The translations under genes were made by a program, and so were the position numbers. From IMG/VR virus record IMGVR_UViG_3300024269_004845: a stretch of 64,000 nucleotides of DNA; one strand, given 5' to 3'. Shown in pieces: positions 46,631-58,115 of the stretch (position 1 is its first letter; the number at the start of each line of letters is the position of its first letter). Source of the stretch: a virus. Taxonomy: Duplodnaviria; Caudoviricetes. Below the pieces are notes generated by a model. The model saw nothing but the letters and a program-made list of their open reading frames with translations. It did no database searches and was not told where the DNA came from.

Positions 46631-48619
46631 TTAGGCGAGCATTGCTTTAAACTCATTTTCGGAAAGAACCTTTACACCAAGCGTTTGGGCTTTTTCAAGC
46701 TTGCTACCTGCATTTTCACCTGCAAGTAGATAATCTGTCTTTTTAGAAACAGAACCAGACACTTTACCACCGTTTTTGACAATTACATCAGCAAAAACTT
46801 CTCTTTTGTCAGATAGAGTGCCAGTGATTACAAATGTCTTGCCAGCAAGTTTATCACTGGTTGGTGCGCTCTTGATAGACTTTGTATTTACTCCTGCGGC
46901 TTCAAGTTTCTTGAACAAACTGGTAGTCGTAGGTTCTGCAAAGAAATCCTTCAAGAACTTAACAGTTGTTTCTCCCATGTCGGGTAGAGTTAACAGTTCT
47001 TCTTCGGTCGCTGCAGCAATGGCCCAAATATCGTCATAATGTTCAGTAAGAATTTTGCTAACATGCTTTCCAACATTGCGAACACCCATGGCAGAAAGAA
47101 GCTTATCAATGTTATTGCTCTTGGATGCTTCAATAGCATTGAGCAGATTATCGGTAGCTTTTTCTTTTCCAACGAGTTTTTCGTCAATCATCTTCTGACG
47201 ATAATTCTTGAGGTTATAAATATCTGCAAAATCAGAGATTAAACCAGCGGCAATCAGTGCTTGTGTCGCCGCTTCTCCGAATCCATTGATATCCATATAC
47301 CCCTTGCTTGCAAAATGTTGTACTCTGCGTTCAAATTGGGCGGGGCAGGAAGGATTGATACAACGAATATCCGCAGTATCTTCTTCTGCCTCTGCCTTGC
47401 CACCACAGACGGGACAAATATTGCCAATCTGATAGGGGACCGTTTTAGACGGGCGCTTATCAAGTACAACAGAAACAATTTCGGGGATGATTTCTGCTGC
47501 TTTGCGAATGATTACCGTATCGCCAACTCGAATATCCTTAGAGGTAATGAAATCCTGATTGTGGAGTGTTGCCTTAGATACGGTGCTTCCACCAATATCC
47601 ACAGGATTCATAATTGCAACAGGAGTTAAACGGCCAGTACGACCAACCTGGATAATGATATCCTTAACGACTGTTACTTTTTCCTCGGGGGGATACTTAT
47701 AGGCCACTGCCCAACGAGGGACTTTGCTGGTAGCGCCGAGTTCATCTCTTGTATCAAGAGAATTAATCTTTACTACTGCGCCATCGATAGGATAGTTCAG
47801 GGAATTTTTTGTTTCTCCGATAATTTCAATGTCTCTCATGATTTCTTCAACTGTCTTTTTGGGGGACATTTCAGGAACCACAGAAAAGCCCTGAGATTTC
47901 AACCATGCGATACTTTCGGAATGGGTTTTAAAGGTAATGCCTTTTGCTTTTTGAACATTGAAGGCGAACATAGATAGATTTCTTTCTTTTACGACCTTGG
48001 AATCGAGCTGACGGAGAGTTCCAGCAGCACAATTTCGGGGGTTCTTAAAAAGTTTTCCTCCAGAATCTTCTTGGGCTTCGTTTGCCTTGTCAAAGGCTTC
48101 GAAAGTCATATAAACTTCGCCTCGAATTTCAAGATATTCGATTGGGGAAATTGTCTGGGGAACAGAAGCAATCTGCTTTACGTTCTCGGTGATATCTTCA
48201 CCTATATGTCCATCACCACGTGTAGAAGCACGAATCAGTTTGCCGTTTTCATATTCGACAGAAACGGAGAGTCCATCGATTTTCTGTTCGACAACGTATT
48301 CTGCTTGGGGATATTCTGCAGATAACTTACTGACGAAAGATTCTACCTCTTCCGTATCGAAGACATCCAGCAAAGAAAGCATAGGGACCTCGTGAGTAAC
48401 CTTTGTGCTATTTTCGTTGGCTACGCCTCCGACCTTTTGAGTGTTGGAATCTTCGGAAATAAGTTCTGGCCACTGAGATTCCATATCTCTCAGTTTATGA
48501 GCGAGCTGGTCGTACTCGTAATCCGTAATTTCAGGGTCATCCTGATTGTAATAACGGTCATTGTGATACTTTACTAAAGCCTTGAGCTCCTCATATTCCT
48601 TCTTAATATTCTTGTCCAT
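46631..48619 (-). CDS. ligA: NAD-dependent DNA ligase
   Basis: KIDG, STRGDG, RGEV, PRWAVAYK, QVGRTG, Zn finger, BRCT. Confidence 0.97.
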   Translation of the reverse strand: MDKNIKKEYEELKALVKYHNDRYYNQDDPEITDYEYDQLAHKLRDMESQWPELISEDSNTQKVGGVANENSTKVTHEVPMLSLLDVFDTEEVESFVSKLSAEYPQAEYVVEQKIDGLSVSVEYENGKLIRASTRGDGHIGEDITENVKQIASVPQTISPIEYLEIRGEVYMTFEAFDKANEAQEDSGGKLFKNPRNCAAGTLRQLDSKVVKERNLSMFAFNVQKAKGITFKTHSESIAWLKSQGFSVVPEMSPKKTVEEIMRDIEIIGETKNSLNYPIDGAVVKINSLDTRDELGATSKVPRWAVAYKYPPEEKVTVVKDIIIQVGRTGRLTPVAIMNPVDIGGSTVSKATLHNQDFITSKDIRVGDTVIIRKAAEIIPEIVSVVLDKRPSKTVPYQIGNICPVCGGKAEAEEDTADIRCINPSCPAQFERRVQHFASKGYMDINGFGEAATQALIAAGLISDFADIYNLKNYRQKMIDEKLVGKEKATDNLLNAIEASKSNNIDKLLSAMGVRNVGKHVSKILTEHYDDIWAIAAATEEELLTLPDMGETTVKFLKDFFAEPTTTSLFKKLEAAGVNTKSIKSAPTSDKLAGKTFVITGTLSDKREVFADVIVKNGGKVSGSVSKKTDYLLAGENAGSKLEKAQTLGVKVLSENEFKAMLA

Positions 48620-48795
48620 TATTTTTTCTTCCTCCTTAAAATGTGTTTAATATATTTTATTATAATTGCTTTTGTTATATTTATATTATAACATATTTTT
48701 AGTTTTTTCTCAAGTCTTATAGAACTTTTTTGCTATTTATTTTTTGTTTTAAATGTGGTATATTATATTCAATATTGTAGGTTGGAGGAGATAAA

Positions 48796-49488
48796 ATGTT
48801 TATTGAAAGTCTTTTATATGCATTGATTGTATTTATTGCTGTCATATTATTGGAAGCTTTTATATATCAAGCTTTTTTATTAAACAAACAAACTTTATAC
48901 GCTTATTTAATAGACTTGAAGAATCAGAATCCTAATTTATTAGTACAAACAAAATGTAATTTGTTAAAAAGAGATAAATTCAGGGTGCTGAAAGCAAAAA
49001 TAGAAGATAATGAAGTCGATGTGATTGTCGATGAAGATTTTGTTGAAGATGTAATGACTTTGGATAAGGTTTTTTATGATAAGAAAAATAACAAATATTA
49101 TGTTACCAAGAAGAATAAAAATTGGGATACATATGTTATGACTCCTATTAAAGAAATTTATTATTATAAATATAAGTTAAAAGATAGGGGATATCAATTT
49201 GCGAAGGATTCCGAAAATCTATTTTTGAATAATGAACAAGTATTATATAAAAATCCTTTTACTGGAGAATATTTTTGGGAAAAAGAAATAAATGGTAGAG
49301 ACTGTATTACGGAAATTGATTTAATGACAAAAACTCCTAAAAAATTAGATACTTATTTTTTTAATTACAAAGAAATGCAAAAAATTCTTGATTATAAAAA
49401 TCGCAATTACTTTGATTACATTGGTGTTTTCTCTTTAATTGCTGGTATCTTTAGTTTAATAACCTTCTTTTTGAAATTATTTTTATAA
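48796..49488 (+). CDS. hypothetical membrane protein
   Basis: N- and C-terminal TM segments. Confidence 0.65.
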   Translation: MFIESLLYALIVFIAVILLEAFIYQAFLLNKQTLYAYLIDLKNQNPNLLVQTKCNLLKRDKFRVLKAKIEDNEVDVIVDEDFVEDVMTLDKVFYDKKNNKYYVTKKNKNWDTYVMTPIKEIYYYKYKLKDRGYQFAKDSENLFLNNEQVLYKNPFTGEYFWEKEINGRDCITEIDLMTKTPKKLDTYFFNYKEMQKILDYKNRNYFDYIGVFSLIAGIFSLITFFLKLFL

Positions 49489-49583
49489 TCTGCAGCAAAA
49501 GCTGCAGATTTTTTAATTGATAAATAAGAGATATCTTTTTGAAGTATAATAATAAAAACTATTCAAATGGGAGGAATAAAAAA

Positions 49584-50360
49584 ATGGCAAGAAAATTGAA
49601 GATAGGTGGGCAATTAGCAATAGAAGTTACTCAGAGGTGTAATCTAAGTTGTGACCATTGTTTGCGAGGATGTGCTAGGAACGTTAATGTAACGAAGGAA
49701 ATCATAAACAAAGTGTTGGACAATTTTGAGTACATTTCGAGCATTACTTTTACTGGGGGAGAACCTACACTTAACGTCGAAGCAATAATCTACATTATCG
49801 ATGAAATTAAGCGTCGAGGGATTGGCGTTGGAAACTTTTATCTTGTAACCAATTGCGTAAATTTTTCTGGGGAGCTTGTTTTGAAGCTTTTGGAGTTCTA
49901 CGTATATTGTGATGATAAAGAGATGTGTGGTTTATGTGTAAGTGTTGATGGGTTCCATGACCAGAGAGATTTTAATGCATATGACATGTATTCTGCGTTA
50001 GAATTTTTTCGCACCGACAAAGAGCACAATGGCATTTGGGATGGTGGTATTATTAATCGTGGTAACGCAAAAGAATACGGTATGGGCACGTTTGATAAAC
50101 CTGTAATGCAGTTTAATCCCGAATATGCTGAAATCTTTGACAATGTTATTAATTATGACGAACTAATCTATGTAAACGCCGAGGGGTACGTATTTTATGA
50201 TTGTGACCTTTCTTATGAATTACAAGATGAAAATCGAACGATTAATGTCATGGAAGAAAGTATTGCAGAATGGATGTTTATGCAAATGTATGAACATCAA
50301 TTGCTTGAAGAAGAGTCTGCAGCTGAAATTCTAGAAGAACTTGGTCTAATTCCCGCTTAA
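49584..50360 (+). CDS. radical SAM protein
   Basis: CNLSCDHC, FTGGEP, VTN, SVDGFH. Confidence 0.9.
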   Translation: MARKLKIGGQLAIEVTQRCNLSCDHCLRGCARNVNVTKEIINKVLDNFEYISSITFTGGEPTLNVEAIIYIIDEIKRRGIGVGNFYLVTNCVNFSGELVLKLLEFYVYCDDKEMCGLCVSVDGFHDQRDFNAYDMYSALEFFRTDKEHNGIWDGGIINRGNAKEYGMGTFDKPVMQFNPEYAEIFDNVINYDELIYVNAEGYVFYDCDLSYELQDENRTINVMEESIAEWMFMQMYEHQLLEEESAAEILEELGLIPA

Positions 50361-50393
50361 AACAAAAAAGTCTCGAGGTATCTCGAGACTTTT

Positions 50394-51182
50394 TTATATA
50401 AGTTTTTTTTCTTTTATCCATTCCAGGAACTTGGGAAGTGCAAAAATTATAAAAGGAATGAGATATATTTGAGAACCAGGGGTAAACATTGTTACGGCCG
50501 CATAAAAATTTATTCCACAATGAATACAAATTGAGGGTAAAAGACTGTGATTTCGGTCATTAATTTTGCCAAACATCAAACCGAAACAAAAAGTATATAA
50601 TCCTTGAATTAAATTCCCATGAGCAATACCAAAAAATAGTGATTGCCAAAAATTAGCTCTTTTCGGAGTTAAATTCTTAAATGCAATATAGGTTCTATTT
50701 CGATAAAGAATTTCTTCCATGATGGGTACAAAAAATGCAACTAGAAATAGCATTAAAATCCCACTATCAAACATTAATTCGGTTGTATCTTCCAAATTAA
50801 ATAGCTCGTATAGCCAAGTCAAAATTAAAGATAAAATCACGTTTATAGCAATACCAACGCAAAAATATCTTATATATTCCATTTTATTCTTGAGAGGATT
50901 TAGATTTAGATAGTCCTTACATTTCTGAAACCAAGTTTTATTTTCGTTTTTTATTGTTGATACGCGAATTAAAACAGCAATAAGTACTGTAAAAACACCG
51001 CCGAGCAACATTGGGTTTGAAATTTGGGCAACCAGTTCCATAGTATCCATGTTCATAAAGTCATCCATAAAATTGGGGTTGGTTAATGCCATTTGTAAAA
51101 TGGCAAATATAGCGCCTGCCATCTGGCCAACAACCATTAACATTGGCCAAAACAAGGCCGTAAAGAAAAATTTACGTTTCAT
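50394..51182 (-). CDS. CPBP/Abi family intramembrane metalloprotease
   Basis: PIMEEILYR, FGIAH, H..IN. Confidence 0.88.
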   Translation of the reverse strand: MKRKFFFTALFWPMLMVVGQMAGAIFAILQMALTNPNFMDDFMNMDTMELVAQISNPMLLGGVFTVLIAVLIRVSTIKNENKTWFQKCKDYLNLNPLKNKMEYIRYFCVGIAINVILSLILTWLYELFNLEDTTELMFDSGILMLFLVAFFVPIMEEILYRNRTYIAFKNLTPKRANFWQSLFFGIAHGNLIQGLYTFCFGLMFGKINDRNHSLLPSICIHCGINFYAAVTMFTPGSQIYLIPFIIFALPKFLEWIKEKKLI

Positions 51183-51284
51183 AAATTCCCTCCAAATACT
51201 AACATTGTTTATATTATAACACATTTTATACAAAAAGTAAATGGGAAATAAAATACTCCGCAAATATATTTGCGGAGTATTTTA

Positions 51285-52352
51285 TTATTCTGCACGATTA
51301 ATAGATTCTATATTTGTAACATCAATTATTCCAGTTCTAAAGACATATGAAACTTCTGCAAAAATAATTTCTACAATTTCTGTGTATATATACTTTGAAT
51401 CTTCAGATGTTTCAAGATAGAATGTAACTCTTTTTATATCATCTGATATTCCTGAATAAGTATTCAATAATGAAACATTTATGTTGTTTTGAATCATTGT
51501 TTTATCTTTTACGTAATTATTAAAAATATCATACCTATAAGAGAAATAGTCTTCTTTATTGTATGGAGTTTCTGCATATTTAGAAGTTATAACAACATTG
51601 TCATCCGATAATGCAATTTCTTTACTGTTTTTATTTATGTATATATCCTTAACTGTTCCGTCTTTAAATTTAATATTTAATGCTTCTTTAAATCCAGCTT
51701 TAGTTAATAGGCTTAATGCATTTTCTTGTGGCAAATAAGATTTTATCAGATATGTTTTATTGTTTAGAATTACCTTAAATAGTGCCTCAGTATATAGTTG
51801 GTTTTTGTGCGTTGCAAAAGCAATTTCATAATCATTTATTAAGTGAAATTCTCCATATCGTTCTTTTATTTCACTATTGTCTTCGGAAATAAGATGTTCT
51901 ACATCCATAAATGTTTTGCCGTTTGTTCCATCTATTTTATAAAAAGAATAAGCCTTTTGGTTGTCTTCATCTATGTAGATATCTAAACTTTTTAAATCAA
52001 CTACTTTTTCGGAAGTATTTTTTATTGATGTATATTGTATTGATGTTACAATAGATTTTATTTGTGGAACAAACACACTGTTGGTAATCATCAAAACACC
52101 AAGAAAAATAAGAAACGCTGTAATGGTTGGTTTTATTTCTTTTTTTACGACAACTCCTGTTTCTTGGTCTTTATAAATTTCAGGGTTTTCTTGTTGGTTT
52201 AAAAATATTCGATATGGGATATATGCTAAACACGAGAGAATTATTAGTGTTGAATATATTGCAAAGTTTTCAACTAACACAATTGGGATTAAAAATAATA
52301 ACCAATAGAGAAGAGAAAACAAAGTGATTTTTGGGATATTAATTTTTTTCAA
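51285..52352 (-). CDS. hypothetical membrane protein
   Basis: three N-terminal TM segments plus soluble domain. Confidence 0.65.
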   Translation of the reverse strand: MKKINIPKITLFSLLYWLLFLIPIVLVENFAIYSTLIILSCLAYIPYRIFLNQQENPEIYKDQETGVVVKKEIKPTITAFLIFLGVLMITNSVFVPQIKSIVTSIQYTSIKNTSEKVVDLKSLDIYIDEDNQKAYSFYKIDGTNGKTFMDVEHLISEDNSEIKERYGEFHLINDYEIAFATHKNQLYTEALFKVILNNKTYLIKSYLPQENALSLLTKAGFKEALNIKFKDGTVKDIYINKNSKEIALSDDNVVITSKYAETPYNKEDYFSYRYDIFNNYVKDKTMIQNNINVSLLNTYSGISDDIKRVTFYLETSEDSKYIYTEIVEIIFAEVSYVFRTGIIDVTNIESINRAE

Positions 52353-53447
52353 TTATTTTCCCTCCTTTAATAAGCTTGTGGGAACATTTATATTGAAAAT
52401 CAAAGATGTTTCGCCATCAATAATTTCACCAATATCAGAATTCCCATACTTGTATTGACAAGATACACAGTTTAATGCATAAAAGTTTATTTTTTTGTCT
52501 TCGAAAATTCTCTCTGCCAACAATTCGCCTGATGCGTTTTCGTTCAACACATATTCTGAATCATAATGATTGTTTAAAAATGTATAAACTCTATCAATAT
52601 AATTGGAATCCTTGATGTCTAAAATTGTATCATATTCTGATAGTTGGACTGTTTTATCTGTAAATACAAGCATAAATCCAGGGTTATATAATTGATATAT
52701 CTCTAAATTGTCGGTTGCAAAAATTGGTGTCTCATAAGAATCTTTAGATTTTATCAATTCTATAATTTGTTCTGCATTAACAGTCGATAAATATCTTTTT
52801 TCTCCAACTTCCCATTGTAATACGATTTCGTTTAAATCGTTGTTGGTAAGATATGAAAATCTTAAATTGTTTTCAATATCAAAAAATGTTTGCGTAGAAT
52901 TTAAAGTAGATTGATTAAAATTATTTTCCTCAACTAAATCAAATTCTAAAACTTGATTTAGTTCCAATTTTTCATTAACAAAAAATAATTTTTTATTTTC
53001 TATATCTCCGTAAATTGTCAGGTCTTCATACTTTAATATTTCTTCAGCATAATTTTTTATATCAAATACATTTTGAGACTGTATATTTGTTTGGGTTATA
53101 TAATTAATTCCAGTTGCAAAAAAATTCATAGAAAATGCTATTCCTAAAATCATCAATAGTAATTTGGTAGGAATCCAAATAGAAGATTTTGTTGTATTGT
53201 GGTTTTTCTTAGATATAAAGAAAATAACTACAAAATATAAAATAAATAATGCAGTTGCTATGAAGTCTGTGTATTTATAATTATTTAAATATAACCCGAA
53301 ATATAAAAAAACAGACATCAAAAGGAAATAAATAGTTCCTGTTATATAAGAAGGAGTTGTTTTAGCTGTTGGGGTTTCAACAGAAACAACATTTTTTACT
53401 TCTTGAACATTTGGGTTTTGTTTGTTTTTATGATTCTTTTTACTCAT
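52353..53447 (-). CDS. hypothetical membrane protein
   Basis: three N-terminal TM segments plus soluble domain, same architecture as neighbour. Confidence 0.65.
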   Translation of the reverse strand: MSKKNHKNKQNPNVQEVKNVVSVETPTAKTTPSYITGTIYFLLMSVFLYFGLYLNNYKYTDFIATALFILYFVVIFFISKKNHNTTKSSIWIPTKLLLMILGIAFSMNFFATGINYITQTNIQSQNVFDIKNYAEEILKYEDLTIYGDIENKKLFFVNEKLELNQVLEFDLVEENNFNQSTLNSTQTFFDIENNLRFSYLTNNDLNEIVLQWEVGEKRYLSTVNAEQIIELIKSKDSYETPIFATDNLEIYQLYNPGFMLVFTDKTVQLSEYDTILDIKDSNYIDRVYTFLNNHYDSEYVLNENASGELLAERIFEDKKINFYALNCVSCQYKYGNSDIGEIIDGETSLIFNINVPTSLLKEGK

Positions 53448-53639
53448 GTCCCGAAACTCCTTTCGAATACTTGTTTATATTATAGCACAAAAGAATCGTT
53501 AATACTATACTTTTGAGGTTTTAGCTTCTAAGCTTGGTAAGATGGGTGTTTGAGTCGTTAAGGCATGGTATAAGAATTTTTAAATACGTGGCAGAACTAA
53601 AATGTTAAAAGACAAATTTAAAAAGGAGGTTATTCCGAC

Positions 53640-54491
53640 TTGAGTAATAAGATAAAAATAAAAACAGGTATTTTTATGGATTATGATAACTTGTTTTTTT
53701 CTTTAAGAGAAACATTTGGAGTTGCTCCTACTGAAAAAATTTTAGGAGAATCTTTAATAGATAATATATTAGATACATTTAAACAAGACCATATAGTTGT
53801 TTGCAACGCATATGCAGATTTTCAGGTCATTACTAACTTGGCAAGAGAAACCAACACTATGTATGAATTGCAATCAAGAAGGATTAATATCAGACATGTT
53901 TTTGGGAGTCTTTCAAAAAATGAAAACAGAAAAAATGCATCTGACATTGAACTTAGTATAGATGTGATGGAAACATTATTTAAAAATCCCGAGATTCAAA
54001 GATATGTAATTATTTCAGCGGATAGCGATATGATTCCAATTATGAATCGTCTAAGATATGCAGATAAAGAAATCTTTTTATATTACTTGGATGCTTCTTG
54101 TTCTCACAATGGCTCTTTGCTTTCATATGCTGATAAAAATATTGCTATTGAGAGCCTTATGGATTTAACACAATTAGAAATAACCGAAAAGGATATCAAA
54201 GAAAAGTTTTTAGTACCTGTTTTGCAAAAAATTTGCAGGATTGATAAAAATAATAAGGCCAATGGGGGCACAAATTATATTGGTAATGCATGGTTCAAAA
54301 ATCAATTGCAATCCAAAAATTTCCTACAAATAAATGGAGATAACTTTTCTTTTTCTGGTGCTAACGCTGCAATACTACTTGACTTTTTAACTGAAAAGGA
54401 TTATATTGTAAACGTAAACGAAGATAAAATTTCTAAAATAGTTCCTAATTATGAAAATAATTTAGTTAAGAAAATTCTTGGGGAGGATTGA
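53640..54491 (+). CDS. NYN (LabA/DUF88, PIN-like) domain protein
   Basis: FMDYDN, AYADF, KNASDIEL.ID, ISADSDM. Confidence 0.88.
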   Translation: MSNKIKIKTGIFMDYDNLFFSLRETFGVAPTEKILGESLIDNILDTFKQDHIVVCNAYADFQVITNLARETNTMYELQSRRINIRHVFGSLSKNENRKNASDIELSIDVMETLFKNPEIQRYVIISADSDMIPIMNRLRYADKEIFLYYLDASCSHNGSLLSYADKNIAIESLMDLTQLEITEKDIKEKFLVPVLQKICRIDKNNKANGGTNYIGNAWFKNQLQSKNFLQINGDNFSFSGANAAILLDFLTEKDYIVNVNEDKISKIVPNYENNLVKKILGED

Positions 54492-54754
54492 TTATGGGAT
54501 TCTTTCAGTTTTGTTTGGCTGGTTTTGGAATAATAACTTTGAGGTTATTACTTTTTCCTGTCTGTTTAATACTTTTAATATTGTTGGGTCCATTAAGTTT
54601 GATATTTCAAAAAAAAGATGGTGAACGCATAGATAAGTTTTTGGATTTTTATGATAATTTGTTCCTTTGGGTATTCGGACCACCATTTGGATTTTTCTCT
54701 GCTTCGTTGGTATTTTACATCCTTTTAGTTTATAATTTGATATTTATTTTGTAA
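54488..54754 (+). CDS. small membrane protein
   Basis: hydrophobic, GGAGG SD. Confidence 0.6.
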   Translation: MIMGFFQFCLAGFGIITLRLLLFPVCLILLILLGPLSLIFQKKDGERIDKFLDFYDNLFLWVFGPPFGFFSASLVFYILLVYNLIFIL

Positions 54755-54867
54755 AAACAAGAGCGATTTTTTGTGTTAATACAAAGTATTAATGCTTAAA
54801 ATATAATTGTCAAAAGTAGATTACTAAGTGGCCGACAACACGGAGTAAATACAATTGACAATCTTGT

Positions 54868-55383
54868 TTGAAAGGGGTGATAGTTTTGAAATGGTTATTC
54901 TTTATTTTGGGTGTAATTTCTATATACCTAATTTTAAATTCTTTGGTAAGATTGGCGAATCTAAAAAAGAATATAGTGGAGTCAAAATTAGGAATGGGAA
55001 TTTATTTCAAAAGAAAAGAAAGAATCGTTGAAAAACTTTCAATTTCTTTTAAACAAACTGACCCTAATTTTATAGAGCAAAATATTTTTGAAAGAATGAA
55101 TGAATTTTCCCGTATTTCTGAAGTAGACCGCAAAATAGCAGAAGGGGAAATTCTAACCACGCTTGTTTGCTGTGAGGCAAACAAAAATCTCCATCTAAGG
55201 ATAGATGGAGAAGTTGCAACCCTAATCGACGAACTAAAAAGCGTCGATGAGAAAATTTTGGAATTTAATAAGAAATACAATATGTCTGTAATGGCGTATG
55301 AAATCGCCAGAAAAAAATCACTTTTGTCTTTTTTCTTTAAAAAGCACAAAGAATCAAATGATATTACTGATATAGAAGAATAA
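54868..55383 (+). CDS. LemA-like protein
   Basis: N-terminal TM, NSLVRL, helical body, C-terminal YN..V..Y; start may be TTG 54886. Confidence 0.55.
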   Translation: MKGVIVLKWLFFILGVISIYLILNSLVRLANLKKNIVESKLGMGIYFKRKERIVEKLSISFKQTDPNFIEQNIFERMNEFSRISEVDRKIAEGEILTTLVCCEANKNLHLRIDGEVATLIDELKSVDEKILEFNKKYNMSVMAYEIARKKSLLSFFFKKHKESNDITDIEE

Positions 55384-55637
55384 AAAAATAAATTAACGCT
55401 GGGGTAGTTAACTACACAGAAAAAGATTGGCTAGGGCGATGGTATATTAAGCTACTTAGCTAGTAGTTTAAATGAAGGTATGAACAAGCATAGCGGAAAT
55501 CTAGTTAATTTGTAGAAGTATTTAATATTGATGTTTTCTCAGAAAATTTTGAGGGTTTTAAAAAGAAGAAATATTTAATTGATTTATGTCCGTAAAGTAA
55601 AACACCTATCAGTTGGCCGCTGATAGGTGTTTTATTA

Positions 55638-56804
55638 TTATCGTGAAATACCTTTTCTAATATATTTTACTAATTCTTGATTCTGTTCTTTTATTGGTAA
55701 TAAATTTATATTTAGAAGAGATATCAATAGTTCTATGGTTTCAGATATTAAATATTCTAATTCGCATTCTGAAAGAACGCTTTTAAGTATTTGAAAATAC
55801 AGGTCCCACTCGAAGTCTGACTGAATCATGTCAAACAAACATGTTTTGGACACAGAGTATTTATCATTTTCAAATTTTATTTTTTCGTTGCTTACATAAT
55901 CTAATGTTTCTCTTTTTTGTATTTGTTTAAATCTTTCAATTAATAAATAGAAGTGTTCGTTTCGTTCTTCATAAGAAAGCTTCTCATACTCTCTCATTAT
56001 AAATTTGCATGCCAAATCTCTTACATTTTTGATGTTAATTTTTATTCTGATAGCACGCATAATTTTATCATTAAAAGTTTCGGAAATAAGTTGCTTAACT
56101 AATTTTTCATTAAGGGTTAAATTAGATATTAAGCTGCTTGAATTAATAGTGCTTGTATGAGTATTTATTAAATCCAACATATTATCTAGCCCAAATAGGT
56201 TTTGTTTGATAGCTTCTAAAGTATTAACAACATATGTATCGTCTGGCATATAATAGTTGTTTTTATAAACAATACTATGTTCTACTTCCGACCAGAAAAC
56301 TTTGACCATAGATTTTATTTGTAACTCAAATTTATAGGTTTTGTTTTCTGATTTATAGATGCCATCAATTTTGTAAGTAGTCGTGCCGTTTTTTAATAGT
56401 TGCGGTTGTTCTTCTGATATATCAAGGAATATTTTAGGGTTTATGTTGGATTGAGCAAAGACTTCATTGTACTTTGTAAAATCAGAAAAAATAGCTTTAT
56501 ATATTGATTCTTCATTTTTTACAAACTCACATTCTATAAGGATACCAATCACATCTCCAATATAATCTACCATTTCTTCGGGGGATGAAGTAAGTTTGTA
56601 AATTCTTTTTCTTATCAGTTTCTCTTTTAAACTTTGTTCAGTTTTAATTCTATTATTAATTCCGACTATTTTTTGTTGTGTTTTATTCATTGTTAAGTAC
56701 AGAGTCTCAGTTATTTCGTTAGCGATATTGATATAATCAGACTTATTAGCTTTTGCAATTGCAACGGCTTTTTCTACTAACTCAATATATGACTTAGTAA
56801 CTAT
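55638..56804 (-). CDS. RelA/SpoT-type nucleotidyltransferase (small alarmone synthetase-like)
   Basis: RIKTEQSLKEK, DVIG, ELQIKS...WSEVEHSIVYK; frame open 38 codons upstream of ATG 56690 to an ATA 6 nt after GAAAGGGGGT. Confidence 0.8.
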   Translation of the reverse strand: MVTKSYIELVEKAVAIAKANKSDYINIANEITETLYLTMNKTQQKIVGINNRIKTEQSLKEKLIRKRIYKLTSSPEEMVDYIGDVIGILIECEFVKNEESIYKAIFSDFTKYNEVFAQSNINPKIFLDISEEQPQLLKNGTTTYKIDGIYKSENKTYKFELQIKSMVKVFWSEVEHSIVYKNNYYMPDDTYVVNTLEAIKQNLFGLDNMLDLINTHTSTINSSSLISNLTLNEKLVKQLISETFNDKIMRAIRIKINIKNVRDLACKFIMREYEKLSYEERNEHFYLLIERFKQIQKRETLDYVSNEKIKFENDKYSVSKTCLFDMIQSDFEWDLYFQILKSVLSECELEYLISETIELLISLLNINLLPIKEQNQELVKYIRKGISR

Positions 56805-56943
56805 ATTAATACCCCCTTTCTTCTTATTTAATTATATGAACCAAAATAAATTGATATAATATTTATAGTTAGTATTCTTTTTATAATTTTTTATTATAAG
56901 ACATTGTAAAATATACTAATAATAGAGAAGGAGGTTTTCTTTC

Positions 56944-58008
56944 ATGAAAAAAACTTTATCCGCTTTCTTAGCAATTCTAATGATTTTTTCCATGTTTGCG
57001 ACTGCCGCAATTCCATCATTTGCTGCTGAGACTGGGCTTAAAGTAACTAAGATTTCTGGTTCTCTAACCGCACCTGGTACGTCTGAGGTTTATTTGATTA
57101 CAGATGCTGATGGCAATAAGATTGAGAATTTTTCTGCAAAATATACTTTTGAGAAAGATTTGAAGCTTCCATTAAGCTTTTCTGGCCCTAAGAGTACTGA
57201 TGAGGGGACTACCTTCGAAATTAAAGTCTTAGATACTTGCAGTACAGAAGCAATCAAATTGGAAGGTCAGGTTAAAATCGTAAGTCTGGAAGACAAAAGC
57301 AAATCTACAGTTGCGTTTAAAGCTGATGGAACAAAAACAATTAAAAATACTGTTACTAAAGTAAATGGTGATATTTCTATTACTACTAGCAGCGGTAGCA
57401 GACTCTATGATTTTTCTACTAGTTCTGGAAGTATAAATGTTTATTTTGGTGAAGATGCGGCTATTCAGTTACACGGGCTTGAAACTGGTAGCAAATGCTT
57501 AGCATATAACATTGACCCTAATCAGAATTTAAAAACGAAGTATTCTTTAACAAGTAAAGATAGTGCGTTCATTAATTTTATTGGTGAACCAAAATTTGAA
57601 AAGAATATAACTGTTAAGTTTGCTGTTCCTGTAAGCTCTTCCAACGTGAAGGTTTATCAGTTAAAAGAAGGTTCCACAAATGAACTAGAAGAAATTACCG
57701 ATGCAAAGGTAACAACTTCTGGTACTGATGAATTTGTTTATTTCGAAACTGATAGATTGGCAACAACTTATGTTATTACTGCCGCTCCTCTTGATGGCGT
57801 AGCTGCTGCTAAGCCTGTTGAGAAGCAACCAATCATCGATACCGAGACTGAGGAACAACCTGCGGGAACAACTAATCCAGCGACTCCTCCTGTAGATGAC
57901 ACAGAGAAGAGTCCTCAAACTGGTAGTAATGTTCCTGTCTATATTGCCTGCATTTTTGCACTTACTGGAGCATTAGCAGTAATGGTTGTTACTAAAAAAA
58001 GATATTAA
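56944..58008 (+). CDS. sortase-anchored cell-surface protein
   Basis: signal peptide; SPQTG + TM + KKR. Confidence 0.8.
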   Translation: MKKTLSAFLAILMIFSMFATAAIPSFAAETGLKVTKISGSLTAPGTSEVYLITDADGNKIENFSAKYTFEKDLKLPLSFSGPKSTDEGTTFEIKVLDTCSTEAIKLEGQVKIVSLEDKSKSTVAFKADGTKTIKNTVTKVNGDISITTSSGSRLYDFSTSSGSINVYFGEDAAIQLHGLETGSKCLAYNIDPNQNLKTKYSLTSKDSAFINFIGEPKFEKNITVKFAVPVSSSNVKVYQLKEGSTNELEEITDAKVTTSGTDEFVYFETDRLATTYVITAAPLDGVAAAKPVEKQPIIDTETEEQPAGTTNPATPPVDDTEKSPQTGSNVPVYIACIFALTGALAVMVVTKKRY

Positions 58009-58115
58009 TTAACTGAGCACCTTAAGGTGCTCTTTTTTGTTGTATTGTTTTTGTATTGTCTTTTTCAGAAAATGGATATATAATAAAATTAGAAATATAT
58101 AAAGGAGACGTTGCC

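Noticed and set aside
53518-55511. Possible structured leaders near 53520-53600, 54806-54862 and 55390-55511
   Set aside because: Only short AT-rich end pairings and no recognisable riboswitch motif
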